In this document: positions 29,881 to 41,065 of the stretch, in pieces
Layout of the letters: every line of letters starts with the position of its first letter
Position numbering within the stretch: the first letter of the stretch is position 1
DNA from: Rickettsiales bacterium
GTDB lineage: Bacteria > Pseudomonadota > Alphaproteobacteria > Rickettsiales > UBA6187
Direction of reading: 5' to 3'
NCBI GenBank assembly: GCA_028223895.1
Contig: JAOIVE010000004.1
Span: 380 to 64,379, forward strand
Length of the DNA stretch: 64,000 nucleotides
Translations under genes and position numbers: made by a program
Notes under the pieces: generated by a model
What the model was told of the DNA's origin: nothing
What the model saw: the letters and a program-made list of their open reading frames with translations, nothing else
Database searches by the model: none

Positions 29881-31230
29881 TTAAAGAGTCCCATAAATCG
29901 GGAACTTTTTACATAAAGCTTCAACTTCTTTACGAACCTGCTGCTCAACCTCAGCGTTATCTTCACTGTTTTTTGCCAAACCGTCAAGAACATCTCCTAT
30001 CAAGTGACCAACTTTCTTGAATTCTTCAATTCCAAATCCACGAGTTGTACCAGCCGGAGTTCCCAAACGCACACCTGAAGTTACAAAAGGAGGAGCAGGA
30101 TCAAACGGTATAGCATTCTTATTGCATGTAAGGCCAGCGCGCTCTAAAGACTCTTCTGTAAGCTTTCCAGTCACATTCTTTGGACGCAAATCTACTAAAA
30201 CAACATGACTATCTGTTCCGCCACTAACTATGTCAACACCGCGCTCGATCAAAACTTCAGCTAAAGCGCGAGCATTATCGATTACATCCTGTCCATATTT
30301 TTTAAATTCGTCGCTTTTGGCTTCTTTAAGAGCTACGGCCTTTGCAGCAATAACATGCATTAAAGGACCACCTTGCAGACCTGGGAATATAGATGAATTA
30401 ATAGCCGCTCCCAAAGTTATTTCTTTACCGGAATTAGTAGTTCTAACCACAAGATTTTCATTATTTGATAATATCAAACCTCCGCGTGGACCACGCAAAG
30501 TTTTGTGAGTAGTTGTAGTTACTACATCAGCATGAGGTAATGGACTTGGATATGTTCCTGCTGCAACCAAACCTGCAACATGCGCCATATCAACCATCAA
30601 ATAAGCACCAACCTTATCAGCTATTTGACGGAACCTTGCCCAATCAATAACTCTTGGATATGCAGAACAGCCAGCAATTATCAGTTTTGGCTTATTCTCA
30701 ACAGCTAAGCGCTCCACCTCATCATAATCTATCAAAGCATCGCTTTCTTTAACTCCATATTGCACTGAGTTAAACCATTTTCCAGACATATTAGGAGCAG
30801 CACCATGTGTCAAATGGCCACCAGATGCCAGAGAAAGCCCTAAAATAGTATCACCAGGCTGCAATAAGGCTAAAAATATACCCTGATTTGCTTGCGAACC
30901 AGAATTCGGCTGAACATTAGCATAGCTACAATTAAACAAAGCTTTAGCACGATCAATCGCCAACTGCTCAGTTTTATCAACCGCTTCACAGCCCCCATAA
31001 TAACGCTTGCCGGGATATCCTTCAGCATATTTATTAGTTAAAACAGTGCCTTGAGCCTGTATTACTGCCAAACTGGTTATATTTTCAGATGCAATTAGCT
31101 CAATTTGATTTTGTTGACGATCCAGCTCTTCTGTAAGAGTTGAATATAGTTCTGGATCTGTATCTTTAACATTTCCCTGAAAAAAAGATGTGTTTGGCAT
31201 TGATATTTTCTCCGCTAAATTTGATGACAT
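29881..31230 (-). CDS. glyA: Serine hydroxymethyltransferase
   Basis: [10 protein letters not shown] and the PLP-lysine region [16 protein letters not shown]. Confidence 0.95.
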   Translation of the reverse strand: MSSNLAEKISMPNTSFFQGNVKDTDPELYSTLTEELDRQQNQIELIASENITSLAVIQAQGTVLTNKYAEGYPGKRYYGGCEAVDKTEQLAIDRAKALFNCSYANVQPNSGSQANQGIFLALLQPGDTILGLSLASGGHLTHGAAPNMSGKWFNSVQYGVKESDALIDYDEVERLAVENKPKLIIAGCSAYPRVIDWARFRQIADKVGAYLMVDMAHVAGLVAAGTYPSPLPHADVVTTTTHKTLRGPRGGLILSNNENLVVRTTNSGKEITLGAAINSSIFPGLQGGPLMHVIAAKAVALKEAKSDEFKKYGQDVIDNARALAEVLIERGVDIVSGGTDSHVVLVDLRPKNVTGKLTEESLERAGLTCNKNAIPFDPAPPFVTSGVRLGTPAGTTRGFGIEEFKKVGHLIGDVLDGLAKNSEDNAEVEQQVRKEVEALCKKFPIYGTL

Positions 31231-31239
31231 GAAATTCTC

Positions 31240-31677
31240 CTAAATATTTCCTAATTTTTCTACGCGCTTTATATGCCTTCCGGCTTCAAAATCTGTATCT
31301 ATAAATGTTTTTAAACACTCAATTGCTGTTTTTTCATCTACAATTCTTGAGCCAAGCACCAATATATTTGCATCATTATGCTGCCTTGATAATTTTGCAA
31401 TTTCAGCATTATGGCACAAAGCTGCGCGTATTTTGGGATTTCTGTTAGCAGCTATGCTAATACCAATGCCACTGCCACAGATTAAAACGCCACAATCGGC
31501 CTGCTTTTTTGCAACAACATCCCCTACTTTCTTTGCAAAATCAGGATAATCAACCGACTCCTCACTATCTGTGCCTAAATCTTGACATTCATAACCCTCA
31601 GCTTTTAAGAAAACTTTTAGCTTTTCTTTTAGAAGATAGCCTGCATGATCGGACGCTATAGCAATGGTTTTTATCAT
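31240..31677 (-). CDS. rpiB: Ribose 5-phosphate isomerase B
   Basis: 145 aa with IAIASDHAGY...GVLICGSGIGISIAANR. Confidence 0.9.
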   Translation of the reverse strand: MIKTIAIASDHAGYLLKEKLKVFLKAEGYECQDLGTDSEESVDYPDFAKKVGDVVAKKQADCGVLICGSGIGISIAANRNPKIRAALCHNAEIAKLSRQHNDANILVLGSRIVDEKTAIECLKTFIDTDFEAGRHIKRVEKLGNI

Positions 31678-31875
31678 TAATTTTGCGGATAAAAGTTATA
31701 TTTTCGAGCCAAAACATAACAAAAAAACCCTATATTACAATAAAATAATCGATCTATTTCCTTAAATATTCATATATTTATTGTTAATATGTTAATTTTT
31801 AACTTGGAATGGGTGATTCTATTATATATAATCCTTCGCGCATTATTTTAATATATAAGAGGTTATATAGATAAT

Positions 31876-32094
31876 ATGGCTAAAATATTGGCACAGGAAG
31901 TATTAGGAATAACAAGCAGCTCAGCATTAACTGGCAGCGAAATTATGAAAAGACAAGCAGAAATGAAACTTGTTGCTAACGACAATGCCGAAAACAGCCA
32001 GGAGATAGCCCTGCTCTCCAACGGCGGCAGTCAATTCAATACATGGGTAGACAGAGCCTCTACAATAAATTCTGGTTATTTACGAGAAATATAG
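31876..32094 (+). CDS. Hypothetical small protein (72 aa)
   Basis: Isolated ORF with no recognisable motif; may not be expressed. Confidence 0.25.
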   Translation: MAKILAQEVLGITSSSALTGSEIMKRQAEMKLVANDNAENSQEIALLSNGGSQFNTWVDRASTINSGYLREI

Positions 32095-32127
32095 CAACTA
32101 TAAATATATGGTTTGCAAGTAAACCGC

Positions 32128-32158
32128 CCTGCTTACACATATTCAAATGGTAAGCAGG
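32128..32158. terminator. Hairpin between convergent genes (probable terminator for the NAD-GDH gene)
   Basis: CCTGCTTAC (32128-36) pairs with GTAAGCAGG (32150-58) across a 13-nt loop. Confidence 0.45.
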
Positions 32159-32179
32159 CAATTTACAGAAACATCCACC

Positions 32180-35100
32180 CTAACAGGAACAAATATCCCT
32201 GACCTTATGAGCTCCAACTGAAATCATCGCAAAATCTGGCTCTTCATAAGATTTCAACTCAATCAAATAATGCATATATCTGCTGATTTGGCTGTCATTT
32301 TTCTCTTTCCAGAAGGCAAATGCATTTGCCGCTGAAACACCATTGCTACCTATGCTTTTGGCAACCTCATATGTAAGCCTTTGCTGCTGCTCATATAAAT
32401 CATCCAGTAGCGAATTTATTGACAGTCTCTGCCAATATGATGCTGTAGGTAATTTACCCAAGGCTTTGCGCATCCAACCAAGACTCAGCTGATCTTCAAG
32501 TTCAAAATATATTTTACCTACTATAAATACATCAAGCTTGGTTCTTTGCCCAACCTGTACTATATCGCAGGCAGAAGCCATCATTCCCATGCCAGCTATT
32601 TTCTCTGCAATTGGCTTCGGAACGCCATTTTTTATAAATTTATCAATATTATAATTAAGATCCTGCTTTAAAGATAACGGCAGTATACTAGATAATTTCT
32701 TCGACAAAGTTCCTATTCCAGGAAGGAAATTTTCTACCTCTTTATATATTTTAAATTTATTATTTCTGCGCCTTAAAAACCATAATGCTCCGCGCTCTAT
32801 CAGCTTTCTTACCACTATAAATAGCTCAACCTGATTCTTAACCTCAATTTTTCCATCAAGACTTTCTATATCTTCCCATATATCACGAAGCTGATAGACA
32901 TCTCTTATTATCGTATAAGCCCTTGCAATATCAGCTGTTGGCGCGCTTGTCTCTTCAAGCAATCGATAATATAAGGATGTGCCAAGGCGATTAATAATAC
33001 TATTAGTAATGGAAGTTGCAATTATCTCCTTACGCAAGGCATGTGAATCTATTTGCTTGGCAAATTTTGTATGCATTTCTTTTGGGAAATACATCATTAA
33101 ATCATTTATATAGTAAGGGTCATTAGGCAGATCACTATTTAAAACCTCCTCATAAACAGAAAGCTTACTATATGCAAGCAAAACACTTAGCTCCGGACGA
33201 GTAAGACCATTACCACTACCCTCACGCATGGCTATATCATCATTATTTGGCAGGAACTCCACCTCTCTGTCTAAAAGACCTTTCTTCTCAAGGAATTTCA
33301 TAAAGCGAGACTGCTCCTCAAGCATGCTATGATTGCGCAATTGAGCAATAGTTATTGCCTGGGTCTGCAATATATTATCCCTCAAAACAAGATCTGAAAC
33401 AGTGTCAGTCATCTTTTCTAGCAAAATATTTCTATCTTGCAATGTAAGACGACCACTTTCCATTGCTTCACCCAAAGCTATTTTAATATTAACCTCATGG
33501 TCAGAACAATCAACTCCAGCAGAATTATCAATAGCATCAGTATTAAGCCTGCCGCCTACTTTTGCGTACTCAATTCTTCCTAATTGTGTACAGCCCAGAT
33601 TTCCGCCCTCACCTATTACTTTTACACGCAGCTGATTACCATTAACCCTTACCGCATCATTAGTCTTATCTCCGGCATCATCATTGCTTTCAGAGGCTGC
33701 TTTAATATAAGTACCAATACCGCCATTCCACAATAAATCTACTGGCGAAAGCAATATAGTTTTTATTAGCTCATCAGGCGTCAAATTGCTCTTACTTACA
33801 CCAAGAGCTTCTTGCGCTTCTTTGGATAATTTTATATTTTTTGCACTTCGCTCAAATATTCCACCACCTTTTGAAATAAGCTTTGGATTATAATTCATCC
33901 AGCTTGATCTTGGTAATTTAAATAACCTTTTACGCTCTTTATATGAAACTGCAGAGTCAGGGTTAGGATCCAAAAATATATGCATGTGATTAAATGCCGC
34001 TACAAGACGTATATGCTTTGATAATAACATACCATTACCAAATACATCACCTGCCATATCGCCAATTCCAACAACAGTAAAGTCCTGCTTTTGGACGTCA
34101 ACTCCCATCTCTCTAAAGTGACGCTGAACAGAAATCCACGCGCCTTTTGCTGTAATTCCCATTTTTTTATGGTCATATCCGGCAGATCCACCTGATGCAA
34201 AAGCATCACCAAGCCAAAACCCATATTCATTAGCCACTGAATTTGCAATATCTGAGAAAGTGGCCGTCCCTTTATCGGCAGCTACAACCAGATATGGGTC
34301 ATCATCATCATGCCTTACAACATTTTTTGGAGGCACTACATTACCTGAAACTATATTATCGGTAATATCAAGCAGCCCTCTTAAGAATGTCTTATAACAT
34401 TCAATGCCCTCTTGTATGAAAGCCTCCCTTCCACCCTCTACTGGCGGCTTCTTTAAAATAAAACCACCTTTAGAACCAACAGGAATAATAACAGAGTTTT
34501 TAGTCATTTGGGCTTTTACCAGTCCCAGAATCTCTGTCCTGAAATCCTCCCTGCGATCTGACCATCTAAGCCCGCCTCTTGCTACCTTACCTCCGCGCAA
34601 ATGCACCCCTTCCATCCTTGGCGAATATACAAAAATCTCCGCATATGGACGCGGCTTTGGTATATATTGAATGTTTTTAGGACTAAATTTTAAAGAGATA
34701 TAGGATTTTATATTCCCAGCCTCATCCTCCTGAAAATAATTGGTTCTAACAGTGGCCATAATAAGGTCAATAAATCCTCTTATAACTTTATCTTCAGCAA
34801 GATTAGATACACGACTTAAGATTTTTTCTATGTCTTTCTTTATTTGCTCGGCGTTATTCTTTCTATCTTTTTTCAATGAAGGATCAAAACGAGCATAAAA
34901 TAAAGCTATAATTTTACTTACCAGATTTGGATGAGAAGCCAGAGCCTCCTCTATATAACCCTGACCATAATGGAAGCCAATCTGTTTGAAATATTTGGTA
35001 TAAGCCCTTAATAAAACTACATCTCTCCAATTAAGGCTGGCATATAAAATTAATTTATTAAGGCCATCACTCTGAGTTTCTCCGCGCCATATTTTATCTA

Positions 35101-37015
35101 TTGCAATTTCAAATTTAGATTTAATATCTCTTAGCTTATAACGCCCACCACCAGTTACTAAAAAGCGGAATCTATGTATCCATATTTCCTTATATTTTTC
35201 AGGATTACATACATAAGTGTGCTCATCTAAAGTCTTCAAACCCATATTTTCAAGCATAGGCATTATCATAGATAATGTTACCTGCGACTGAGGACTATAA
35301 ACTTTAAACTCAAAAATATCATCTTCACCATTCGTAGGTTCGTAAAAATCAAAAGCGATATCATTTGTTGCCATAACCTTGTTAAGCTGCTTTATATCAT
35401 AATATGCATCTTCGGCAGAAAAACGGCTTTTATAGCTTACAGAAAAAGCATTTTCATAAATATTATAAATATTTCCAGCCTCGCGCTCCCCTAGCCTTCC
35501 TAAAAGCTCTTCATACAAGTCTTCTGACCACAACCTTGTTATTTGCGCGATCTTATCTTCTATTTTTTTTACATCATAGGCAGGAATTTTCCCTGGATTT
35601 GTTTTTACAATAACCTGCAATCTTGCAAGATGCGATTCTGTAATCTGAGTATAGTGATTTGATATAGTTCCATCAAAATCTTCCATCAATATCTTTTCTA
35701 TATTGATTCTTAGATTTGTACTCATCCTATCACGAGGAATATAAATCAAACAACTTACAAAGCGCCCAAACTCATCTTCTCTGACAAACAACCTAACCCT
35801 GAAATTAATTGCCAAATCAACTGTTCCCATTGCAGTTTCAAACAACTCTTCCTTAGATGTCTGAAATAATTCTCCACGTGGAAAATCCTCCAAAATAGCC
35901 GCAAGAGCCTTACCACTATGCCCTCCTTCGGGAAATTTTGACTTTTTCTGCACCCACGCAATTTTATTGCGGACTATAGGAATATTTTTTGCACTTTGAT
36001 AATAAACTATGGATGTAAAAAGACCTAAAATCCTATGCTCGCCAATAATATTAGCATTATCATCGAACATCGGTATTATTATATAATCCATATGAACATT
36101 TCTATGAACCATCGACTTCTTATTAGCCTTGGTTATCTTAAGCAAAGATAGGTTTTTCTTGTCAAATACAGGCTTTGGCATTTCCGGCTCAAGCTTGGAA
36201 TCTTTAAGCTTGAAAATTCCCAACTCCGAACCACGTGTCATAGCTGGATTTTTACTCTTAAAATTATAATTTACATAGCCAAGAAATATAAAATTATTTG
36301 CCTTCAGCCACTCAATAAATTCTGTTATCTCACTAACATGAGATCTTAGGCGACCAGATTCTTTTGCATTTAAATCAACGGATAAAAGACTCGTTGCAGC
36401 ACTTAACTCCATTGGTATATGACTTACTTTATTTAAAATATCCTTCCAATCACTAACACAGTTAGAAACCGCACCCAATACATAAACTATATCTTTATGC
36501 AGCTGATCTATATCCTTTTTGTTCCATATATATGGTATATGAAGGCGCATAATTGACTCCATATTCTTAGAGCCTTCACCATTTTTATTTTCTATTGATT
36601 CTATTTTTCCAGCATCATCGCGCGCAACCATCAAAACCGGATGCAATAATTGAGAAATAACATAGCCCTTGCTGTTTATCTCTTCGGTTACAGAGTCCAC
36701 CAGAAACGGCATATCATCATTTACTATATCAATTACAGTATATTGATTACTCCACTGACTATCTTTTTGCTCAAGATTATAAATCCTAACCAGAGATTTA
36801 CCTTTTTTTCTTACAGAAATGGTCTTAAAAGTTTCTAAGGCAGAAAAGGCAAGCTCATCAATTTCATATTTTTCTGAGTCTTCTGCAGAAAGACTTCCAT
36901 ATAAATTACGGATAAAAACTTCAAGATTTTTATCTAATTTATTGTTATTCAGGGATTTTACTCCCTTTAAAATTTCCTGTAGAACCTTGTCAGTTACTTG
37001 CTCATTCTTAACCAT
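32180..37015 (-). CDS. gdhB: Large NAD-specific glutamate dehydrogenase (about 1600 aa, Bac_GDH family)
   Basis: The 1611-1627 aa size class and internal regions are characteristic of the large NAD-GDH (KANKKSMVHRNVHMDYI, GGLRWSDRREDFRTEILGLVKAQMTKN, VAAADKGTATFSD). Start placed at the Met 16 codons inside the ORF. Confidence 0.9.
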   Translation of the reverse strand: MVKNEQVTDKVLQEILKGVKSLNNNKLDKNLEVFIRNLYGSLSAEDSEKYEIDELAFSALETFKTISVRKKGKSLVRIYNLEQKDSQWSNQYTVIDIVNDDMPFLVDSVTEEINSKGYVISQLLHPVLMVARDDAGKIESIENKNGEGSKNMESIMRLHIPYIWNKKDIDQLHKDIVYVLGAVSNCVSDWKDILNKVSHIPMELSAATSLLSVDLNAKESGRLRSHVSEITEFIEWLKANNFIFLGYVNYNFKSKNPAMTRGSELGIFKLKDSKLEPEMPKPVFDKKNLSLLKITKANKKSMVHRNVHMDYIIIPMFDDNANIIGEHRILGLFTSIVYYQSAKNIPIVRNKIAWVQKKSKFPEGGHSGKALAAILEDFPRGELFQTSKEELFETAMGTVDLAINFRVRLFVREDEFGRFVSCLIYIPRDRMSTNLRINIEKILMEDFDGTISNHYTQITESHLARLQVIVKTNPGKIPAYDVKKIEDKIAQITRLWSEDLYEELLGRLGEREAGNIYNIYENAFSVSYKSRFSAEDAYYDIKQLNKVMATNDIAFDFYEPTNGEDDIFEFKVYSPQSQVTLSMIMPMLENMGLKTLDEHTYVCNPEKYKEIWIHRFRFLVTGGGRYKLRDIKSKFEIAIDKIWRGETQSDGLNKLILYASLNWRDVVLLRAYTKYFKQIGFHYGQGYIEEALASHPNLVSKIIALFYARFDPSLKKDRKNNAEQIKKDIEKILSRVSNLAEDKVIRGFIDLIMATVRTNYFQEDEAGNIKSYISLKFSPKNIQYIPKPRPYAEIFVYSPRMEGVHLRGGKVARGGLRWSDRREDFRTEILGLVKAQMTKNSVIIPVGSKGGFILKKPPVEGGREAFIQEGIECYKTFLRGLLDITDNIVSGNVVPPKNVVRHDDDDPYLVVAADKGTATFSDIANSVANEYGFWLGDAFASGGSAGYDHKKMGITAKGAWISVQRHFREMGVDVQKQDFTVVGIGDMAGDVFGNGMLLSKHIRLVAAFNHMHIFLDPNPDSAVSYKERKRLFKLPRSSWMNYNPKLISKGGGIFERSAKNIKLSKEAQEALGVSKSNLTPDELIKTILLSPVDLLWNGGIGTYIKAASESNDDAGDKTNDAVRVNGNQLRVKVIGEGGNLGCTQLGRIEYAKVGGRLNTDAIDNSAGVDCSDHEVNIKIALGEAMESGRLTLQDRNILLEKMTDTVSDLVLRDNILQTQAITIAQLRNHSMLEEQSRFMKFLEKKGLLDREVEFLPNNDDIAMREGSGNGLTRPELSVLLAYSKLSVYEEVLNSDLPNDPYYINDLMMYFPKEMHTKFAKQIDSHALRKEIIATSITNSIINRLGTSLYYRLLEETSAPTADIARAYTIIRDVYQLRDIWEDIESLDGKIEVKNQVELFIVVRKLIERGALWFLRRRNNKFKIYKEVENFLPGIGTLSKKLSSILPLSLKQDLNYNIDKFIKNGVPKPIAEKIAGMGMMASACDIVQVGQRTKLDVFIVGKIYFELEDQLSLGWMRKALGKLPTASYWQRLSINSLLDDLYEQQQRLTYEVAKSIGSNGVSAANAFAFWKEKNDSQISRYMHYLIELKSYEEPDFAMISVGAHKVRDICSC

Positions 37016-37146
37016 GACACTCCTATATATTATGCTACATGCCAGAAAATCGAGGTATAGCATTTTATTATACTATTGTGTATATAAAATTGTAAGTTTT
37101 TGACAGTTATGGTAATCAACCTTCTGCAAAATAACAAGGACACTTT

Positions 37147-38478
37147 ATGGAAACAATTTATGCCCCAGCAACAGCAATTGCCAAATCTGGCGTTTGTGTA
37201 ATCCGTGTATCCGGACAAAAGGCAAAAGATTGCGTTGAAATATTAAGTAAAAAACCTCTGCCAAAAGCTCGCTATACATCACTAAGAGACATATTTAATC
37301 CAAAAACTAATGAACTTATTGATAGCGCATTGATAATTTATTTTTCCTCACCAAATAGTTTTACCGGCGAAGATGTTGTAGAATTTCATACACATGGGAG
37401 TAGGGCGGTTGTAAACTCTCTGCTTGAAGCATTAAGTGAAATTAAAGACTTCCGGCTGGCCGAGCCAGGGGAATTTTCTAAACGGGCTTTTGAAAATTCA
37501 AAAATGAACCTTGTTGAAGCAGAAGGCCTGTCTGATCTAATAAACGCCGAAACAAAATCACAGGCGCAATTAGCGTTACGCCAAATGCAAGGATCACTTT
37601 CTGAACTATATAATCAATGGAGACAGGAGATTCTACAAATCAGATCACTGGTTGAAGCATATATAGATTTTCCAGATGAAGAAATTCCACAAAACATTAT
37701 CGAGCAAACTAATCTACAGATTGAGAATTTAAAAACTAATATCCGCAACCACCTTGATGACAATAATAGAGGAGAGAAACTTCGTGATGGAATATATATA
37801 ACTCTCATAGGCGAACCAAATGTAGGCAAATCCTCTCTTTTAAATAACTTATCTAAAAGAGATATGGCAATGGTTTCAGATATAGAGGGCACAACTCGCG
37901 ACATAATAGAAGTACCGATGGATATAGGTGGCTTTTCCGTTACAATATCAGATACCGCCGGAATAAGAAATAGTAGCGATATTCTTGAAATACAAGGCAT
38001 ATCAAGGACTTTGGACAGATCAAAAAACTCTGACTTAAAAATTGCCATATTGGACTGCTCAAAAAACCTTGAATTTCCCGCCACCATAAAAAAAGAAATT
38101 GATAACAAAACCATAATAGTCATCAATAAATGTGATATTAAAAAAGATATCAAAGAGACAGGCTTTATAAAAGATGCAAATCCCATATATATTTCTGTCA
38201 AAACAGGGCAGGGCGTAGACAAGCTTCTCAACGAGATTGAATCTCGAGTAAAAGATATTTTTTATGATATGTCGTCACCATTAGTAACTCGCAACAGACA
38301 TAGAGAATTATCATCTAAGGCACTGGAATACCTTAATAATACTGACCTTAGTGATCCTCCGGAAATGTCAGCAGAACATCTAAGAGGAGCATCAACAGAG
38401 ATAGGGAAAATTATTGGCGCCATCAACACAGACGAGGTGCTTGGCCACATATTTGGACAATTTTGCATTGGAAAGTAA
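37147..38478 (+). CDS. mnmE: tRNA modification GTPase MnmE
   Basis: TIYAPATA...IRVSG N-terminus, G-domain GEPNVGKSSLLN and DTAGIR, and a C-terminal FCIGK. Confidence 0.95.
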   Translation: METIYAPATAIAKSGVCVIRVSGQKAKDCVEILSKKPLPKARYTSLRDIFNPKTNELIDSALIIYFSSPNSFTGEDVVEFHTHGSRAVVNSLLEALSEIKDFRLAEPGEFSKRAFENSKMNLVEAEGLSDLINAETKSQAQLALRQMQGSLSELYNQWRQEILQIRSLVEAYIDFPDEEIPQNIIEQTNLQIENLKTNIRNHLDDNNRGEKLRDGIYITLIGEPNVGKSSLLNNLSKRDMAMVSDIEGTTRDIIEVPMDIGGFSVTISDTAGIRNSSDILEIQGISRTLDRSKNSDLKIAILDCSKNLEFPATIKKEIDNKTIIVINKCDIKKDIKETGFIKDANPIYISVKTGQGVDKLLNEIESRVKDIFYDMSSPLVTRNRHRELSSKALEYLNNTDLSDPPEMSAEHLRGASTEIGKIIGAINTDEVLGHIFGQFCIGK

Positions 38479-38521
38479 TGATGTTGCAACATATATTATT
38501 TTTGTGTATATTACGCGGCAC

Positions 38522-38540
38522 CAATGTTTCACGTGAAACA
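38522..38540. repeat. Copy 1 of an exact 19-nt repeat CAATGTTTCACGTGAAACA (contains the 16-bp perfect palindrome TGTTTCACGTGAAACA) in the mnmE-mnmG spacer
   Basis: Read directly; identical to 40489-40507. Confidence 0.9.
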
Positions 38541-38556
38541 ATAGGGGAGAATTATC

Positions 38557-40431
38557 TTGGACTCATATGATGTAATTGTAATTGGAGCAGGTCATGCAGG
38601 CTGTGAGGCCGCATCAGCATCAGCTAGGGCTGGCGCAAAAACTCTTCTTATTACAAAAAAGCCAGAAAATATTGGAGAAATGTCGTGCAATCCAGCGATT
38701 GGCGGAGTTGCAAAAGGCACAATCGTTCGTGAAATCGATGCCCTTGGCGGCCTTATGGGCAAGGCGATAGATAAATCTGGCATTCATTTTCGTATGTTAA
38801 ATTCCAGCAAAGGCCCCGCAGTTTGGGGACCTCGTGCACAAGCTGACAGAAAACTTTATCGGCAAAACATGTTTTCTTTGATTAATAATCACGAAAATTT
38901 AGATGTAAAATATGCGTCAGTTGAAGATATAGCTATTTCTTCAGAATCTGTATCAGGAATCATAACCAGTGATGGAGAAAAAATTGAATCTAAAAATATA
39001 ATCCTTACAACGGGAACTTTCTTAAACGGCCTTATACATATTGGCGATCAAATGACCCCAGCCGGAAGAGTAGGGGAGCAGCCATCAATTGGATTATCTA
39101 AAACTTTATATGGCCTTGGACTACAAATGGGAAGGTTAAAAACCGGAACTCCCGCCCGAATAGATAGAAACTCAATCAACTGGGACAAAACTGAAGAGCA
39201 GGCAGGGGATGAAATCCCAACCCCATTTTCATATTTAAATAAAAGAATAGATGTAAAGCAAATATCTTGCTATATGACAAAAACATCTGCAGATACAAAA
39301 AAAATAATTGAAGATAATATACATAAATCCGCAATGTATTCAGGAAATATAAAAAGTAGCGGACCAAGATATTGTCCATCAATAGAAGATAAAATAAATC
39401 GCTTTCCTCACAATCCTTCACATCAGGTTTTCCTTGAACCAGAAGGTTTGGATAGTGATTTAGTATATCCAAATGGAATTTCTACATCTCTTCCTGCCGA
39501 AGTTCAGGAGCAATTTATAAAAAGCATTCCTGGATTAGAAAACGCAAAAATTATTAAACCAGGATATGCTATTGAATATGACTATGTCGATCCAAGAGAA
39601 TTATATCCCTCTTTGGAAACAAAAAAAATATCTGGCCTTTTCCTTGCCGGGCAAATTAATGGGACTACCGGATATGAAGAAGCTGGCGGGCAAGGTCTCG
39701 TTGCAGGAGCAAACGCCGCCTTAAAATCTCTTAATAAAGAAGCATTTATTTTAATGAGATCTGATTCTTACATCGGCGTAATGATTGATGATCTTATCAC
39801 ACTTGGAACTAGCGAACCTTATCGTATGTTTACATCAAGAGCTGAATATAGACTTTCTTTGCGTGCTGACAATGCTGACCTAAGACTAACTGAAAGGGGA
39901 GCAGAATTTGGAATAGTAAGTGATGAGCGCCTAGAAAAAGTACTTCAAAAAAAGGATTCTATTAATTCATGGAAAGAAAAATTACAGAGATATTCATTAA
40001 TACCTTCACAGGCAAATAAGCTTGGAATAAAAATGTCTCAAGATGGAGTAAAAAGAACAGCTCTGGATTTATTATCTTATGATGAAGTGAATTTTACAAG
40101 TTTAGAAAAAATATGGCCTGATATCAACTCGATTGATAAAGAGGTCAGCCAACAGATTGAAATTAATCAATTATATAAGTCATTTTTAGAAAAACAGAAG
40201 ACAGAAATTGACTCATTTAAAAAAGATGAGTCAATAAAAATACCTAGCGATATTGATTATAACTCTACAGCAATCAGCCTATCTAATGAAGTGAGGGCAA
40301 AGTTATCACAGGCGAGACCCGTCACTTTAGGAGCAGCTGGCAGAATTCCGGGAATTACTCCGGCAGCCATTGCTGCGATTTTAGTTTATATAAGAAAGAG
40401 CGAATCTTCATCTAAAAAAGACGCGGCCTAA
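38557..40431 (+). CDS. mnmG: tRNA uridine 5-carboxymethylaminomethyl modification enzyme MnmG
   Basis: [19 protein letters not shown] motif; 624 aa; TTG start. Confidence 0.95.
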   Translation: MDSYDVIVIGAGHAGCEAASASARAGAKTLLITKKPENIGEMSCNPAIGGVAKGTIVREIDALGGLMGKAIDKSGIHFRMLNSSKGPAVWGPRAQADRKLYRQNMFSLINNHENLDVKYASVEDIAISSESVSGIITSDGEKIESKNIILTTGTFLNGLIHIGDQMTPAGRVGEQPSIGLSKTLYGLGLQMGRLKTGTPARIDRNSINWDKTEEQAGDEIPTPFSYLNKRIDVKQISCYMTKTSADTKKIIEDNIHKSAMYSGNIKSSGPRYCPSIEDKINRFPHNPSHQVFLEPEGLDSDLVYPNGISTSLPAEVQEQFIKSIPGLENAKIIKPGYAIEYDYVDPRELYPSLETKKISGLFLAGQINGTTGYEEAGGQGLVAGANAALKSLNKEAFILMRSDSYIGVMIDDLITLGTSEPYRMFTSRAEYRLSLRADNADLRLTERGAEFGIVSDERLEKVLQKKDSINSWKEKLQRYSLIPSQANKLGIKMSQDGVKRTALDLLSYDEVNFTSLEKIWPDINSIDKEVSQQIEINQLYKSFLEKQKTEIDSFKKDESIKIPSDIDYNSTAISLSNEVRAKLSQARPVTLGAAGRIPGITPAAIAAILVYIRKSESSSKKDAA

Positions 40432-40462
40432 AATATAACCACATTTTCGAAGGAAGGATTCC

Positions 40463-41065
40463 ATGAAAAATATCTTACCTGAACATTACAATGTTTCACG
40501 TGAAACATCCGAGAAGCTAAATCAATATTGTCAGGAGTTATTAAAGTGGAATAAGCGCATAAATTTAATTAGCCCATCGACGGAAAATAATATCTGGGAA
40601 CGCCACATATTAGACAGCGCTCGCTTAGTTACTCTAATACCAGATAACACAAAATTAATAGTAGACCTAGGAAGCGGAGCAGGGCTTCCTGGAGCTATAA
40701 TTGCAATTTTGACAAATATAAAAACCACTCTTATAGAAAGCGATCAAAGAAAATGTGCGTTCTTACAGCATATAGCTGCAACCATCTCTCCTAATATAAA
40801 AGTCATTAATGATCGCATTGAAAACATTAAAGATCTGCGCCCAGACATAATAACCGCAAGGGCTCTGGCTCCTTTGCCAAAATTAATTGATCTTGCAAAA
40901 CCGCTATTTCATCCAGGGTGTAAATGCCTTTTTTTAAAAGGAGAAAATATTACTAAAGAAATAAAATCTGCATCTGCTTCTTGGGACTTGACCTATGAAA
41001 TTATAAAAGATAAGAATAATGATGTCGGAGATATTTTATCTATTTCTAAAATAGTGGGTAAGTAA
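40463..41065 (+). CDS. rsmG: 16S rRNA (guanine527-N7)-methyltransferase RsmG
   Basis: VSRET...L..W..K.NL N-terminus and the SAM motif DLGSGAGLPG. Confidence 0.9.
   Translation: MKNILPEHYNVSRETSEKLNQYCQELLKWNKRINLISPSTENNIWERHILDSARLVTLIPDNTKLIVDLGSGAGLPGAIIAILTNIKTTLIESDQRKCAFLQHIAATISPNIKVINDRIENIKDLRPDIITARALAPLPKLIDLAKPLFHPGCKCLFLKGENITKEIKSASASWDLTYEIIKDKNNDVGDILSISKIVGK
40489..40507. repeat. Copy 2 of the 19-nt repeat/palindrome, inside the rsmG 5' coding region (encodes NVSRET)
   Basis: Read directly; identical to 38522-38540. Confidence 0.9.

Noticed and set aside
37614-38231. Long antisense ORFs appear in the six-frame track. Examples: 205 aa opposite mnmE, 158 aa at 26370-26846 opposite addB, 145 aa at 28752-29189 opposite ribD, 128 aa at 29634-30020, and 152 aa at 57127-57585.
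   Set aside because: Each lies entirely within, or across, a well-supported conserved gene on the other strand. Their composition is low-complexity and atypical. They are shadow ORFs.
38525-38540. The palindrome TGTTTCACGTGAAACA fits TGT-N10-ACA (NifA UAS) and contains a CACGTG E-box.
   Set aside because: The TGT-N10-ACA pattern is very loose. There is no sigma-54 -24/-12 promoter nearby and no nitrogen-fixation context. I report it only as an unexplained repeat, not as a NifA site.
37016-38556. A chromosomal replication origin might lie near the mnmE/mnmG/parAB cluster.
   Set aside because: I saw no cluster of DnaA boxes (TTATCCACA or its complement) and no AT-rich 13-mer array in the spacers. 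Alphaproteobacterial origins are usually near hemE rather than gidA.
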